Assembly: GCA_030167865.1 (NCBI GenBank)
Contig: JALAGF010000919.1
Coordinates: 1 to 36,657 of the forward strand
Direction: 5' to 3'
DNA length: 36,657 bases
From: Craspedostauros australis
Lineage: Eukaryota
The notes below the pieces were generated by a model that was given only the letters and a program-made list of their open reading frames with translations, did no database searches and was not told the origin of the DNA. The position numbers and the translations under genes were made by a program. Below are positions 19,644-29,774 of this stretch, one piece after another (positions within the stretch are counted from its first letter, which is position 1; each line of letters opens with the position of its first letter).

Positions 19644-20341
19644 CGTCGCTGTTTGTGTCGCTGCGTTGCGTTATCTGGATCGCGCCTTGTCAACACGATC
19701 TTGTGAAGCTCTTGTTTGGATGTCCGGGTTGTGTTGTGTGCAAGTGTAGTAGTAGTCGCAGGATGCAGCCAGAGTAGTCGTACCAATAGCCAGAGTGTGA
19801 CAGAATGTTGTGGCAAACGGCTGCCCCTGATGATGATTGTATCAACGGACATTGGAGATCCCAGCCAACGCTCTTCTCCACAACATGCCAAACCGCACAC
19901 ACCACACAAGATTCAACGCGCAAATCGGATCGGTTGTTGGGTCATGGATTGGACTGGTTGGACCAATCCATGCACGAAGTCCACAATCAGTCACTAGATA
20001 TTCGGGACCCAATGATATGACAGCGCTTGCGGCGTAGAAGTACAGCAAACAATTCTTGATAACCAGATACCCGTGACGTCATGATCACGACACCGACACT
20101 AAATGACCTGTCACCTCGACACGCCACAAATCACAAACTCAGCAGAATCCAAATGGAGGCAAGCCGAAACTTGTTCCGCCACGCACGATCACAAATCATC
20201 ACCCACCGCTACTTCCGCTTGAACCATACTTCGACAATCCTTCGAGACACTTGCACTTGTGACATTGCGGAGGACCGTTGTGCTGCCATAGTCGTACATT
20301 GCAGCAGCATCAAACCACAGCATTCCCACAAGCCTGAAACG

Positions 20342-21523
20342 ATGAATGCAATGATTGCGAACACGGGCGTTGCGCTCATCCTCGTTGGTTCTGCCATCCG
20401 TTCGGTGGGAGCGTTGCAGGCACAGAACCCTTTGGGCCGAGCGTCCGTTGGTTCGCTGCTCGCGCAACACGGATCTACCAGCAGAGCGTTCCTTCCGATC
20501 CAGCTCAGATCTTCAGATGCCTCGGGACGGGCGAAATCCCTGGAGCCATCCTTGGCATCATCGTGGCTTTCATTGCCATCGACATCCACAGCGCTGTTTG
20601 GAAGCAGCGAGACGCCGCAATCGACGTTGAACCAAAGCAAGAGCACGATCGAGATTTTGGACCTGCCAGACCTCGGTACCCAGGTCACGTTGGTGGGCAC
20701 CGCGCATCTCTCCAAGGCATCCAACGAGGAAGTCCAGCGCACCATCGAATCCACGCGACCCGATGTGGTCATGATCGAATTGGATCCGACCCGCTTGCCG
20801 CGGATTGGATACGAGACCGCCAGCGATGTTGGATTGCCCGTCGTGACGTCCAAGGAACTGGGAGTGCGGATACCCGGAGACACCGCCGACGAGGAAGATG
20901 CTCCGTGGTTCAAATCGCTGCTGCCGCAAAACGTCGCCAAGAATCTGCTGCTGGATGGCTTCGCGACGATCGCCCGCAAACTTCTGACGGGCATGTACGA
21001 CGACATGTCCTCCGACTTGAACAATTCGGAAGGACCCGGCGGGGAATTCGTGGCGGCCATCGACGCTTCCAAGTCGGTGGGGACAGTGCAGCGCATTGTG
21101 CTTGGCGACCGCGAATCCATCAAGACCATCCGCAGAGCGGCGCAGCTGGTGATGGAGGACCCCAGCACGTCGCCGGGAGAGGCCCTCAACGCACTTGGCC
21201 GTGCGAATCAGGAGGAGATATCCAAGCTGGAGCACCGTCTGCAGATGGAGCGCCCGGATTTGGATCCGGTAGAACGCAAGCCGGAGTGGTCGGAGGCTGT
21301 CATCGAAGAGGTCAAGGCGGATTCGCAGTTCCGTGAACGCCTCTTTCAGAGGCTGGAGCGGGAGGTGCCGGCATTCATCGAGGCCTTCCTGCACGAGCGA
21401 GATGTCGTCATGGCGAGCGCCATCCACTCGCAGGCGATGGATGACAGCGTCAAGTCGGTCGTTGCCGTGGTCGGCCTTGCCCACGTTGCTGGTATCCGCA
21501 AGAATCTGGAAAACGAATTCTGA
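20342..21523 (+). CDS. TraB/PrgY-family (TRABD-like) protein with probable bipartite signal + transit peptide
   Basis: VTLVGTAHLS, RPDVVMIELDPTR, PGGEFVAAI, IVLGDRE, LHERDVVMA, VVAVVGLAHVAGI. ATG 20342 precedes a hydrophobic signal (GVALILVGSAIRSVGA|LQ) and a Ser/Arg-rich stretch; the upstream in-frame ORF extension from 20081 looks like UTR. Confidence 0.87.
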   Translation: MNAMIANTGVALILVGSAIRSVGALQAQNPLGRASVGSLLAQHGSTSRAFLPIQLRSSDASGRAKSLEPSLASSWLSLPSTSTALFGSSETPQSTLNQSKSTIEILDLPDLGTQVTLVGTAHLSKASNEEVQRTIESTRPDVVMIELDPTRLPRIGYETASDVGLPVVTSKELGVRIPGDTADEEDAPWFKSLLPQNVAKNLLLDGFATIARKLLTGMYDDMSSDLNNSEGPGGEFVAAIDASKSVGTVQRIVLGDRESIKTIRRAAQLVMEDPSTSPGEALNALGRANQEEISKLEHRLQMERPDLDPVERKPEWSEAVIEEVKADSQFRERLFQRLEREVPAFIEAFLHERDVVMASAIHSQAMDDSVKSVVAVVGLAHVAGIRKNLENEF

Positions 21524-22144
21524 GTGGCGACAAGCGCGGATAAAAAGTCTATCGATCTGGAACATGTTGTATGGGAGTTGGCAACGGAGCCGTGTCTCGG
21601 AGATAAGCGAGTAGTTGTTCAATGGTGTGTAGAGAATACTGTTATGCATTGTAAGTCGTCGGATAAGATGTGTACTCTATTCAATTCAAGATGTCTCATC
21701 TTTTCGATCGCGCCTCGACTCGCTCTCCCTTCTTGGCGCACTTACGTACCATTGATACGTACGAGTAGGGTAGAGCACAACTTACACCCGTACACATGTA
21801 ATGTATTCGTACATGCTATCGGCACCTCTCTGACGAAAGAGAAAGAGAGAGACACGAGCTCAACGATCGACGAGCATGATTTCATTACGGTGTTTCCAAA
21901 CCCGCACGATTTGCATGTGATGCCGTCTGATGGCTCACGAAGTTCGTATAATGGATAGAGTCAAATCGTTCATTGGTATCTTCACGCTTATGAATCATAT
22001 TATTATTATTTCCTATACTCTTTACTGGTATGCAACTGCGCACGATCGTTTCCTCTTTGTGAAATCGACAAAGAAATGGCACGATGAACGGGAAAGAGCA
22101 CTCGTGCCATACCAGTATTCGTCTGGTTGGGCTTCTGATGGAAG

Positions 22145-23818
22145 TTAACAGGTCAAACCGTCTGCGTGGTTGGTGTGTCGGATCTGTTGACGGGGCGACA
22201 CAGGCGCTGGATTGTCGGATGAATGGACCACGACGTGTGATAGCTGGCGAGCCTGCAGGCGCTCTTGCTGACGCTGAAGGCGCAGACGTTCCTGCTCCTT
22301 CCAGTACTGCGTCAAGTTGTGGAAGTTGTTCGGACGAGATGCTTTGTTCGGCGTCGGCCATGCCTGCCAATCTTGCTGATGATGGCGTTGTTGTTGATGA
22401 TTTGCTCTATCGTAATCAGGCGTGACGAGATTGTTGCCTACCATGGGCGCATGCGTTGGGGAATCAGCATATCCCTGTTGCATCGGAGATGCTTGATGCC
22501 GCGCAGGACATCTGTTGACCTGGTGCATTGATGGCGTCGGCGAGACGGTCACGATCCGCTTGGGGGAGGAGAGCTGGCTCTTGACGCTGAACTGATGAGA
22601 CGTGATTGCAGTCGAGCATTCGCTGCTTGTGTCGACCGAGAACAAGTCATCGAACGAGACCATCGATGAGGAAGTCAGCGTTGAATTCGCGACCGATGAC
22701 GCTGGTGGATTGGATTGCGATATGGATCGGGGCGGAGATGATGGCGACGCCACCTGCATTGGCTGGACATACTCGTAGTCCTGTTCTTCCGCAGCTGATG
22801 TTGATGCTGATGTTCGGTTAGATGTGGCTGCTGCAGGTAGCGGAGGGGGCGGCAGCGAAGTTGCCATTGGCAACACTGGCATCGCCGGTGGCGGCGGAGG
22901 GGGAGGAGGAGGCAACGATGACATCGAAACGATCCTGTGAGGAATAGTCATCGAAGGCCCTTTCCGATCCATGTGCGTGGTTGGCGGCGTTGATTCAAGT
23001 TGCAACCTCTTGTGAGGCGATGCGCACACAGGATTATGCCTTGCGCTGCCTTCGCATGAAGAGGCATCTGTCGACACTTCGGTCGACGCTTCTGTCGAGC
23101 TTGTGGGAATCATCTGGGGCACGAGTCTGGAGCTTGGTTTCAGCATTGGATAGTTCGGCTGTGGTTGAAGGTCATGCTGGAGGATCGTGGTTTGAGGACC
23201 TGAAGCGTGCCGTTGCTCGCGAGTCTGACTGCTGCTGTCCTTGTCCCCGCTCAAATGCTTCTGCCTGTGGAACAGCTCCAGCCAACGCTCTTTCTGCACT
23301 TCCTGCATCTTGAGGCTGGCCTGCTCCTTCTCCCTGGACTTGCGATCTTCGTCTGATCGACCTGCGAAGATGGGGAAGTGGGAGAGATCAGCTTCGGCAT
23401 GCTGAAAGCGAGATGATGATGCGCCCCACGAGCGGTCGCGTTGCAGTTCACTGTATGCATGGTGCTGTTCGGAGTCAACCATGCTGTTGTCGATGGAATG
23501 GATGAAGCGGTAGTCCATGTCGTTCTCATCGTACGGCATCTGACCACCGCTGCAGCAGAGACGGCTCAGCACGGATTCGCTGAAATTGGACAGGCCATGG
23601 AGGATCTTGTGGCTGGTCGCAGCTCTGGCACCGCTCTTCTTGTTGCTGCTGTCCCAGCTGTCCCTGCTCGTCTTCTTCCGGCTCTTTTTGCTGTTGCTGC
23701 TGCTCGTGTTGCTGCTCGTGTTGCTGCTCTTGTTGCCCTTTGCACTCGTCTTTCCATTCGTTTTGCTTTGGTCACGAACCCCGAACGGAGATCCCACGTT
23801 CTGGCCTGGAGACACCAT
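22145..23818 (-). CDS. Hypothetical intrinsically disordered Ser/Pro/Gln-rich protein
   Basis: 557-codon ATG-started ORF with poly-Pro, Ser/Lys tracts and short helical islands (ERWLELFHRQK; FHNLTQYWKEQERLR); no recognisable domain. Confidence 0.65.
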   Translation of the reverse strand: MVSPGQNVGSPFGVRDQSKTNGKTSAKGNKSSNTSSNTSSSNSKKSRKKTSRDSWDSSNKKSGARAATSHKILHGLSNFSESVLSRLCCSGGQMPYDENDMDYRFIHSIDNSMVDSEQHHAYSELQRDRSWGASSSRFQHAEADLSHFPIFAGRSDEDRKSREKEQASLKMQEVQKERWLELFHRQKHLSGDKDSSSQTREQRHASGPQTTILQHDLQPQPNYPMLKPSSRLVPQMIPTSSTEASTEVSTDASSCEGSARHNPVCASPHKRLQLESTPPTTHMDRKGPSMTIPHRIVSMSSLPPPPPPPPPAMPVLPMATSLPPPPLPAAATSNRTSASTSAAEEQDYEYVQPMQVASPSSPPRSISQSNPPASSVANSTLTSSSMVSFDDLFSVDTSSECSTAITSHQFSVKSQLSSPKRIVTVSPTPSMHQVNRCPARHQASPMQQGYADSPTHAPMVGNNLVTPDYDRANHQQQRHHQQDWQAWPTPNKASRPNNFHNLTQYWKEQERLRLQRQQERLQARQLSHVVVHSSDNPAPVSPRQQIRHTNHADGLTC

Positions 23819-25580
23819 CGTCCGCTTGGCTGGGAGCTGTTGCCAGTCTTGCCTCTTCTGCCAGTGTGTTTGGTATCAGTGTCGATACAGATGTCGCCGA
23901 CGATGCTGGAGGGTGGGATGGATTTGTGGCGAGATGAAGCTTGCCTCAATGCCTTGATTGATCTGCTTGACGAGCACAGTATTTGTGTTTGTACGAGAGT
24001 GGGACAAACAGCTCCAACAGCTCCAACAGGGGGATCAGTATGTGTGGTGCCTACCAACGAGTATTCGTGGTGAGAAGTACTCTTGGAAGCAACGCTCCGC
24101 GCACTCTGGCTTTCACCTTGCGGTGTTTGTTCGTCGTTTACACCCACGATCGTGCTGCCTCGGTTTTTGTCGTTCCTCTTCCGCGCGGAGGTGAAAGCAG
24201 GCAGAACAAGCACTCGGAGTATGGCGAGTTTGCGATCGTATGTGTATCTCTGTGTGTGCTTCCCTCAAGTGATGTGCAAAGGAAAATTCTCCGAGGCCTG
24301 CGGGAACGAAACAGAGCGAAGGGGAGTTTGTTGAAGTGGGCTTGCTGGTTGGATTGTGACACAAAGCGTTCTCTGGATGTTGACGAAGATGCTGTTGCTC
24401 GTCTTCTTGCGTCTCTCTCACTCCTACTACTACTCTCTCGCTGCGTTTCTTGCCGCTTTGATTGTTGGAGCTTCTCTTCTTGCTGGTGCTGGTGACGCTG
24501 TTGCTGATGATGGAATGGAAATGGCGCCCGACAGTTTTTGTGTGGATGACCAAACCAGAGCCTCTCTTGGTGGGATGCCTTTCATGATCGAATGAGTTGG
24601 TGTCACGCGGTGCGCCAAGTCGAATTCAAATTTGAATGTATTGGCTGCTCTCGTTGGGTCGCAGCCACTTTGGTTGCGGGTCTCCGCCGACCAAATCCCG
24701 GCAAAGGCGCCTGATTAGTTCGGGCGCCCACATTCTTCCATGCCGGTTGCATTCATTGATACTCTGTTCGTGCTTATCGTGCCGATGGTGGCTTCGCAAA
24801 TCGTGATGCGGCATCGTGGAAGAATCGAAGCCTGATGATTTCTCTCTTCGGTGGGAACCACTGGCACGATCGTCACAATCGTGTTCCATGATTGAAGCTT
24901 GCGCCTTGTTGTCTCGTCTCCGACCCAGCGCGGAAGCAAAAAGTGGACAAGTTAACGTCCCCTTCGAGATACGACTTAGCGAGGAAACGTAAATAACGTC
25001 AACTAGCGTTATTATTTCATGTGCTGTGCTTCCGTAGTCCCGCTTCACAGCTTCGAGAGAGAGGCAGAATGTGCGTTCCGCGTATGATTGGATGTCCGCG
25101 ACGGTTCACCATGTGCCAATCCCGGCGCCGCGCATCCACGAAAGAAGTTTGGCGCCCTTCCGAAGCTCACAAAATGAGGACGTTCACGTCCCGAAAAAAG
25201 AGAGCTGGTCCTCCCTTCACACGATGAACACAGAAGAGACAGAGACAGAGAGAGCGTTCCCACGAACATGCAGTTTGTGGCGAAAGCCAGTCCCCAAAGA
25301 GACGTTGCCGAAAGCACCATCGAAGCAAGAAGGCATGTCATCATGACAGAGAATGATCAAGCCTGTGCTCCACGCTTTCACAAAATTGGAGCTTCGCCAC
25401 TCGTAACAACACAGACTACGCTGGTTGCAGAGTGTAGTACGCTCTCTAGAACTGTGCAGCACATGTGAATTCATTGTTGCGTGTCCACACGGTGTTGTGC
25501 CGCACTCAAGCGTATACACTATACTCTCTAGAGTAGACTTCGCTCGCCTATCTCTCATTTGCGCACGTGGTGCTCCCACT

Positions 25581-27362
25581 CTACATGCCCACAGCAGTGT
25601 TCTTGGGACTGAAGTGAGAGTGCAGGCCGTACGGGACGGTGTGCGGCAACTCAATCGCTGTGACTGGCCCTTCCTCCATGCGATCGCTGTCCAACACCAG
25701 CAGCTGCGATCGGGTTGGCCTGTCATCTTCGTCCTTCACCTTCGTGATGATCACAGTGACGTACTCCCTTCCATTTGCGCCATTGACGACGGAAGGTTCG
25801 GAGACCACGTACCAGTCCTTCGGCGCGATGAACCTGCCAATCACATCACCCTTCGACGCAAATTCTGTCTCTTGGAGCGCCATCTTCACAACGCCCTGGA
25901 TCAGGATACCTTCTCCTGGGTTTTTCAGGGTCGCAATCGGCCCACCGATCGACATCACGTCAACGCAGTATGTGTGGTCGCACGGCTGCCCATTGAAGTC
26001 ATCGTTGATGGCTGGGAACTCGATCATCTGCTCCGCATTCAACCAACGTTCTTCGACGCTTCCATCTTGCAGATCCATCGTCCACTCGTAGAGGAATGCC
26101 GTGGAATAGTCAGTGATGTAGCTGCGGTCGGCATCGGGCTCGCTGCGTTGCGCATGCAACACGACCTTACCATCGTCCGTTTCGTACGCATTGACGGCGT
26201 GGAGCACAACGCCCGGCTTCACATCAAACCAGCGAGTTGGCTCATCGCCGTGCCACGAGACGAGACCGATGCGGGCTCCGTTTTCTGGCTCGTACTCGAC
26301 GGGGAATCTGTTTTGCAGGAACATGCGGCTGGGACGAAGCGTGAGTGGAAAGTCCAGAATCAGTGCGTACTTGTCAGTGATCGCGCAATCATGGAGCATC
26401 ACGCTGCATGGCATATCATCCAATGGAATGCTGCGCTTCAACTGCCAATCATTCTCAAATACGTCCACCCGACCGAACGGGGCACTGGCGGACGTATAGG
26501 TCACGTGGATACGATCGCCGGTTTCAGGACATGTGCGACCGTGGGCGCTGAGGGCGCCTCCTGTCATGACGCTGTTGTTGGGTATGGCGCCATTCAGATC
26601 GACCCCTGCTTGGACGGTGGTGATGGACCCATCTTCGTTGATACTAAACTCGGTTGGCTTACACTGCTCCATCATGGCGAGCAATCGGCCGCCCATCTCC
26701 CCGATCCCGGTGTTGCAGGTGTCTTTTTGACATTGCAGCGTCTTGAGGTTGATGGCATTCTTCGCCAGCGACTGCAGCAGGGGAAGTCCTTGCGGAGCTG
26801 CTCCCAGTGTGCCTGCGTACGTCTTCCCCATCAAGGCTTCTCTCTGCCTTCCTTCCGTGTTGACGTAAGTTGCCGAGTACGTGCTGGGCTTGCCCGGTTG
26901 CAATCCAACGCAATGGATCATGCCGTCTCCATCCAAGAACCCCTCAGTTGGGCCAGCGCCGTTGGGACCGAGACGAAGCAGATGCCCTGGTGGGAAATCC
27001 TGCGGAAGATCGCTGCCGCATTGGGGTCCATGCAACCGTTTCATGTCGGTCGGTGCGGTGCACAGTTCTGCGCCGGCGAATTCCTCCGCATCGATGAAGA
27101 GCTTGCTGAAGATCTCGTTCTTATGGAAGGTCCTGGCCTCCAGTTCGATTTCCTGTTGCAGCTGCTTGATCTCGTCTTCCGTTGGGTTCAAGATGCGGCG
27201 GGGCACGACGGTCCTCCCTGTCTTCGTGCCGGTGGACGTGCTAACCGATGGAGGGACGATGGTTGACAGCGATTCTGTCGTTCCGCAACATATCGCTGCA
27301 AGCATCAACGTGAGCGCGACACGGGTGGCAACTGCCTTGCTGCAACAAGCGGGAGGATGCAT
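25581..27362 (-). CDS. Carotenoid cleavage dioxygenase (CCD/RPE65/lignostilbene dioxygenase family) with N-terminal signal peptide
   Basis: LRLGPNG, FLDGDGMIH, four Fe-ligand histidines in SAHG, MLHDCAIT, VLHAVNAYE and YGLHS; EFPAIN; SEPSVV. First ATG is 27362 (27395 is GTG). Confidence 0.92.
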   Translation of the reverse strand: MHPPACCSKAVATRVALTLMLAAICCGTTESLSTIVPPSVSTSTGTKTGRTVVPRRILNPTEDEIKQLQQEIELEARTFHKNEIFSKLFIDAEEFAGAELCTAPTDMKRLHGPQCGSDLPQDFPPGHLLRLGPNGAGPTEGFLDGDGMIHCVGLQPGKPSTYSATYVNTEGRQREALMGKTYAGTLGAAPQGLPLLQSLAKNAINLKTLQCQKDTCNTGIGEMGGRLLAMMEQCKPTEFSINEDGSITTVQAGVDLNGAIPNNSVMTGGALSAHGRTCPETGDRIHVTYTSASAPFGRVDVFENDWQLKRSIPLDDMPCSVMLHDCAITDKYALILDFPLTLRPSRMFLQNRFPVEYEPENGARIGLVSWHGDEPTRWFDVKPGVVLHAVNAYETDDGKVVLHAQRSEPDADRSYITDYSTAFLYEWTMDLQDGSVEERWLNAEQMIEFPAINDDFNGQPCDHTYCVDVMSIGGPIATLKNPGEGILIQGVVKMALQETEFASKGDVIGRFIAPKDWYVVSEPSVVNGANGREYVTVIITKVKDEDDRPTRSQLLVLDSDRMEEGPVTAIELPHTVPYGLHSHFSPKNTAVGM

Positions 27363-27624
27363 GTTGATTGCGTGTGGTGGCTGTATGTGGTACACAGAAT
27401 ACTAGTACGGTGGGGTCGGATAGAGTGACACCCGCAGAAGTATGTGCATCGGACAACCGTTGCGCGCATCGTCTCTGTCAGCTTCCACAACGCTTCAGGA
27501 TCCTGGACTGTCTCCGTCTTCTTCAACGAACATAATCGATCTCGTTCAAGTTGTGGACGATGACGATGTCGATTGTTCTTCCCGAACACCACGTAAAATC
27601 CAAGATGAGAGGGACAGTCAGCGT

Positions 27625-27660
27625 CAGCCCCACCATCAGCCCCACCATCAGCCCCACCAT
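27625..27660. repeat. 12-bp tandem repeat (CAGCCCCACCAT)x3
   Basis: Three exact copies read directly. Confidence 0.85.
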
Positions 27661-28798
27661 CACCACCAACGCAGGTGGACGTCGGCTGTTCTGCGTTGTT
27701 CGAGGGTTCTCCATGATTGGTTGAACCTGAGCGAGAACTCTGTCCAATGAAAGATGGCTCCTTGATATACACGACTAAAACATGCCAGTCTTGTCTATTT
27801 CCATTCAACGAAAGCACTTTCGATGTACTTTTTGGAGGCGGTTCATTGGACTCGCGTCCGCTCCACGTGGCTGGTTGCGCCAGAGAGACATCCCTTCTCG
27901 CCACAACAAGAACAAGAACAAGATGGAGCGGAAAGATTACTCCGTGTCGTGGACGAAGGCTCACCATTCACAACCTGATCACATCCACGCAGTCGAGGTG
28001 AAGACGCCATCTCGGATCACGTCGGCACTGGGTAGAAGTAGTCGTACCATGGCACTGAAATGTTCTGGACTACAGTCCTCGCGATGGAGCACCATGGCTT
28101 GTGTGTTGGGAACAGAACGTGAGTGCGGATGGAGGCGGTCTTGTCTTTGCGCTTCTGGTTGGGGCACTCGTGGTGGTTGTTACTGGTAGCGACATTTAAT
28201 AAGACGCCGGTTGTTGGGAGTCCGCATGGTTTGTTTGGTTCCACTTCGAGCGCCTCCACTCTAGCACCTTGAGGGCTTCGTGGGACGATCCACGTTCTTG
28301 GAAAACACGGTACATTCATGATCAATCGTGAACTATTGCTGACCACACGGCCACGTTGCGACAGACTGCCGCTGGTGGGTATGCTCGTTTCTGGCGTGAC
28401 CATCGCCTCGGAGACCACAAGTGTAGGTGGAAAACGGGTGTGGCAGAGTATGGCACCATGGGCAAACAAACCGACCTGCGTATTGCAAGCTGTTCAGCGG
28501 TAGCGATGACGGAAGCAACTTTGCGGACAGATACCTTGTAGTACCACACACAGTCGTATCCGCACGAGCGCACGGGCTCTACGATGATGCGTGACAAGTC
28601 AACTTCTGATGCGAAAGTGGTTATTCTTCGGAGATGCGTTTGATGCCCGACATCCCCACCCCAGAACGGATCCTGACGCTTCCTGATTGGCACGAAGAGT
28701 GATCGTTGAGATTGATGATGCTTGTCGGGAGATGCAACTGTGATCGAAATGGCGCCCATGGACAGATCGAGACAAAATGTGCCGACTATACACGTACA

Positions 28799-28826
28799 TA
28801 CGAGTAGAATACGAGTAGAATACGAG
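28799..28826. repeat. 11-bp tandem repeat (TACGAGTAGAA)x2.5 built on the TACGAGTA octamer
   Basis: tacgagtagaa tacgagtagaa tacgag read directly. Confidence 0.7.
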
Positions 28827-28831
28827 GTACT

Positions 28832-29467
28832 GGCATCTCAGACCAACGTCATCGTGCGAGCTTTTGCTCTATTGGTGAGCTCTCACAATGTGCCTTGCGT
28901 CTTTGCGATCAGTTACAGTGTATCATTGCTCTCAGTTGGCCACTAATACGACCTCCTATTCCCGCCACGAAGAGAGCATGTAGTCGGACTTCGCAGGCGT
29001 CGCGCTTTACGAGTACGGAGTCATCAAGCCCTTCGACAATGTCTACTTCCTCCACCAAGCAACAATTGCCTCGCGGGTTCTGGCACCCCAAGCCCCAAAG
29101 AGCAGGTCGATGCCAACCCACATGCTTCATTAGACATCGCGAAGGAATGGGGCTACTGCGACCCATACACCCCAGTTCGTGTTGACACCAGTCAGCCCAC
29201 GATGGATATGTAACTGCCTCCACTCCCATGGCTATCAACGGTCTATCCGTCCAGGTAGAAGAGCTTTTTGACTTCTCAGGGCAACCTTCCTACAGGATCG
29301 GAACGCGCTTTCTTCATGACGAACTGCTGCGCGAAGATAGAAATGCTCACGCCAACAACCACACCTTGGTCACCCAAGCACCAGACATTCATTCCAGCGG
29401 AACACCGCCGAGAAACTACCAGGGAGTTCTTGTGCCAGGATGCGAGGAGATTTTGGACTTCTTGTGA
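28832..29467 (+). pseudogene. Possible decayed spliced gene fragment of unknown family
   Basis: Coding-like codon usage in successive frames, broken by a TAG (28981) and about two frameshifts; a candidate GT-AG intron at 28875-28935 preserves the frame. Confidence 0.3.
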
Positions 29468-29774
29468 CCCCTTGGGATCTATCTCGACGAATAGTCGTAA
29501 CTCCCGTGCACGCGCCTCCACAAAATGCTCCTTCATTGCCAAGAGTTGTGCACAGAGAGAGAGAGAGAGAGGGACACCAGACCAAGTATCGGTGGACCTT
29601 GGTGCGAGCTACCGCCTGCTCCACTCAGCTTCATTTCACATAAAAGTGAGGTCGTTGCGCACCTCTACTGTGGTCGACATTCACAGCACAAGACAAGCAC
29701 CAGCACAGTCGCAATCACAATCACGCCTTTTTCGCTCTCATAATACGCACTGCAAACAACACAACAAGGTGAAG

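Noticed and set aside
20074..20081. TGACGTCA (CRE/aureochrome-type bZIP site) in the COG5-TraB divergent region
   Set aside because: A single 8-mer is expected about once by chance in this window
25425..27266. 613-aa + strand ORF antisense to the CCD (similarly 4563-5996, 7701-8726, 20570-21649, 33749-34594)
   Set aside because: Shadow ORFs expected from strong codon bias and TpA scarcity on the real coding strand; no motifs and unnatural composition
27305..28760. Several 60-220 aa minus-strand ORFs upstream of the CCD
   Set aside because: No recognisable domains or consistent codon bias, and partly generated by a 12-bp repeat; could be decayed sequence but is unsupported
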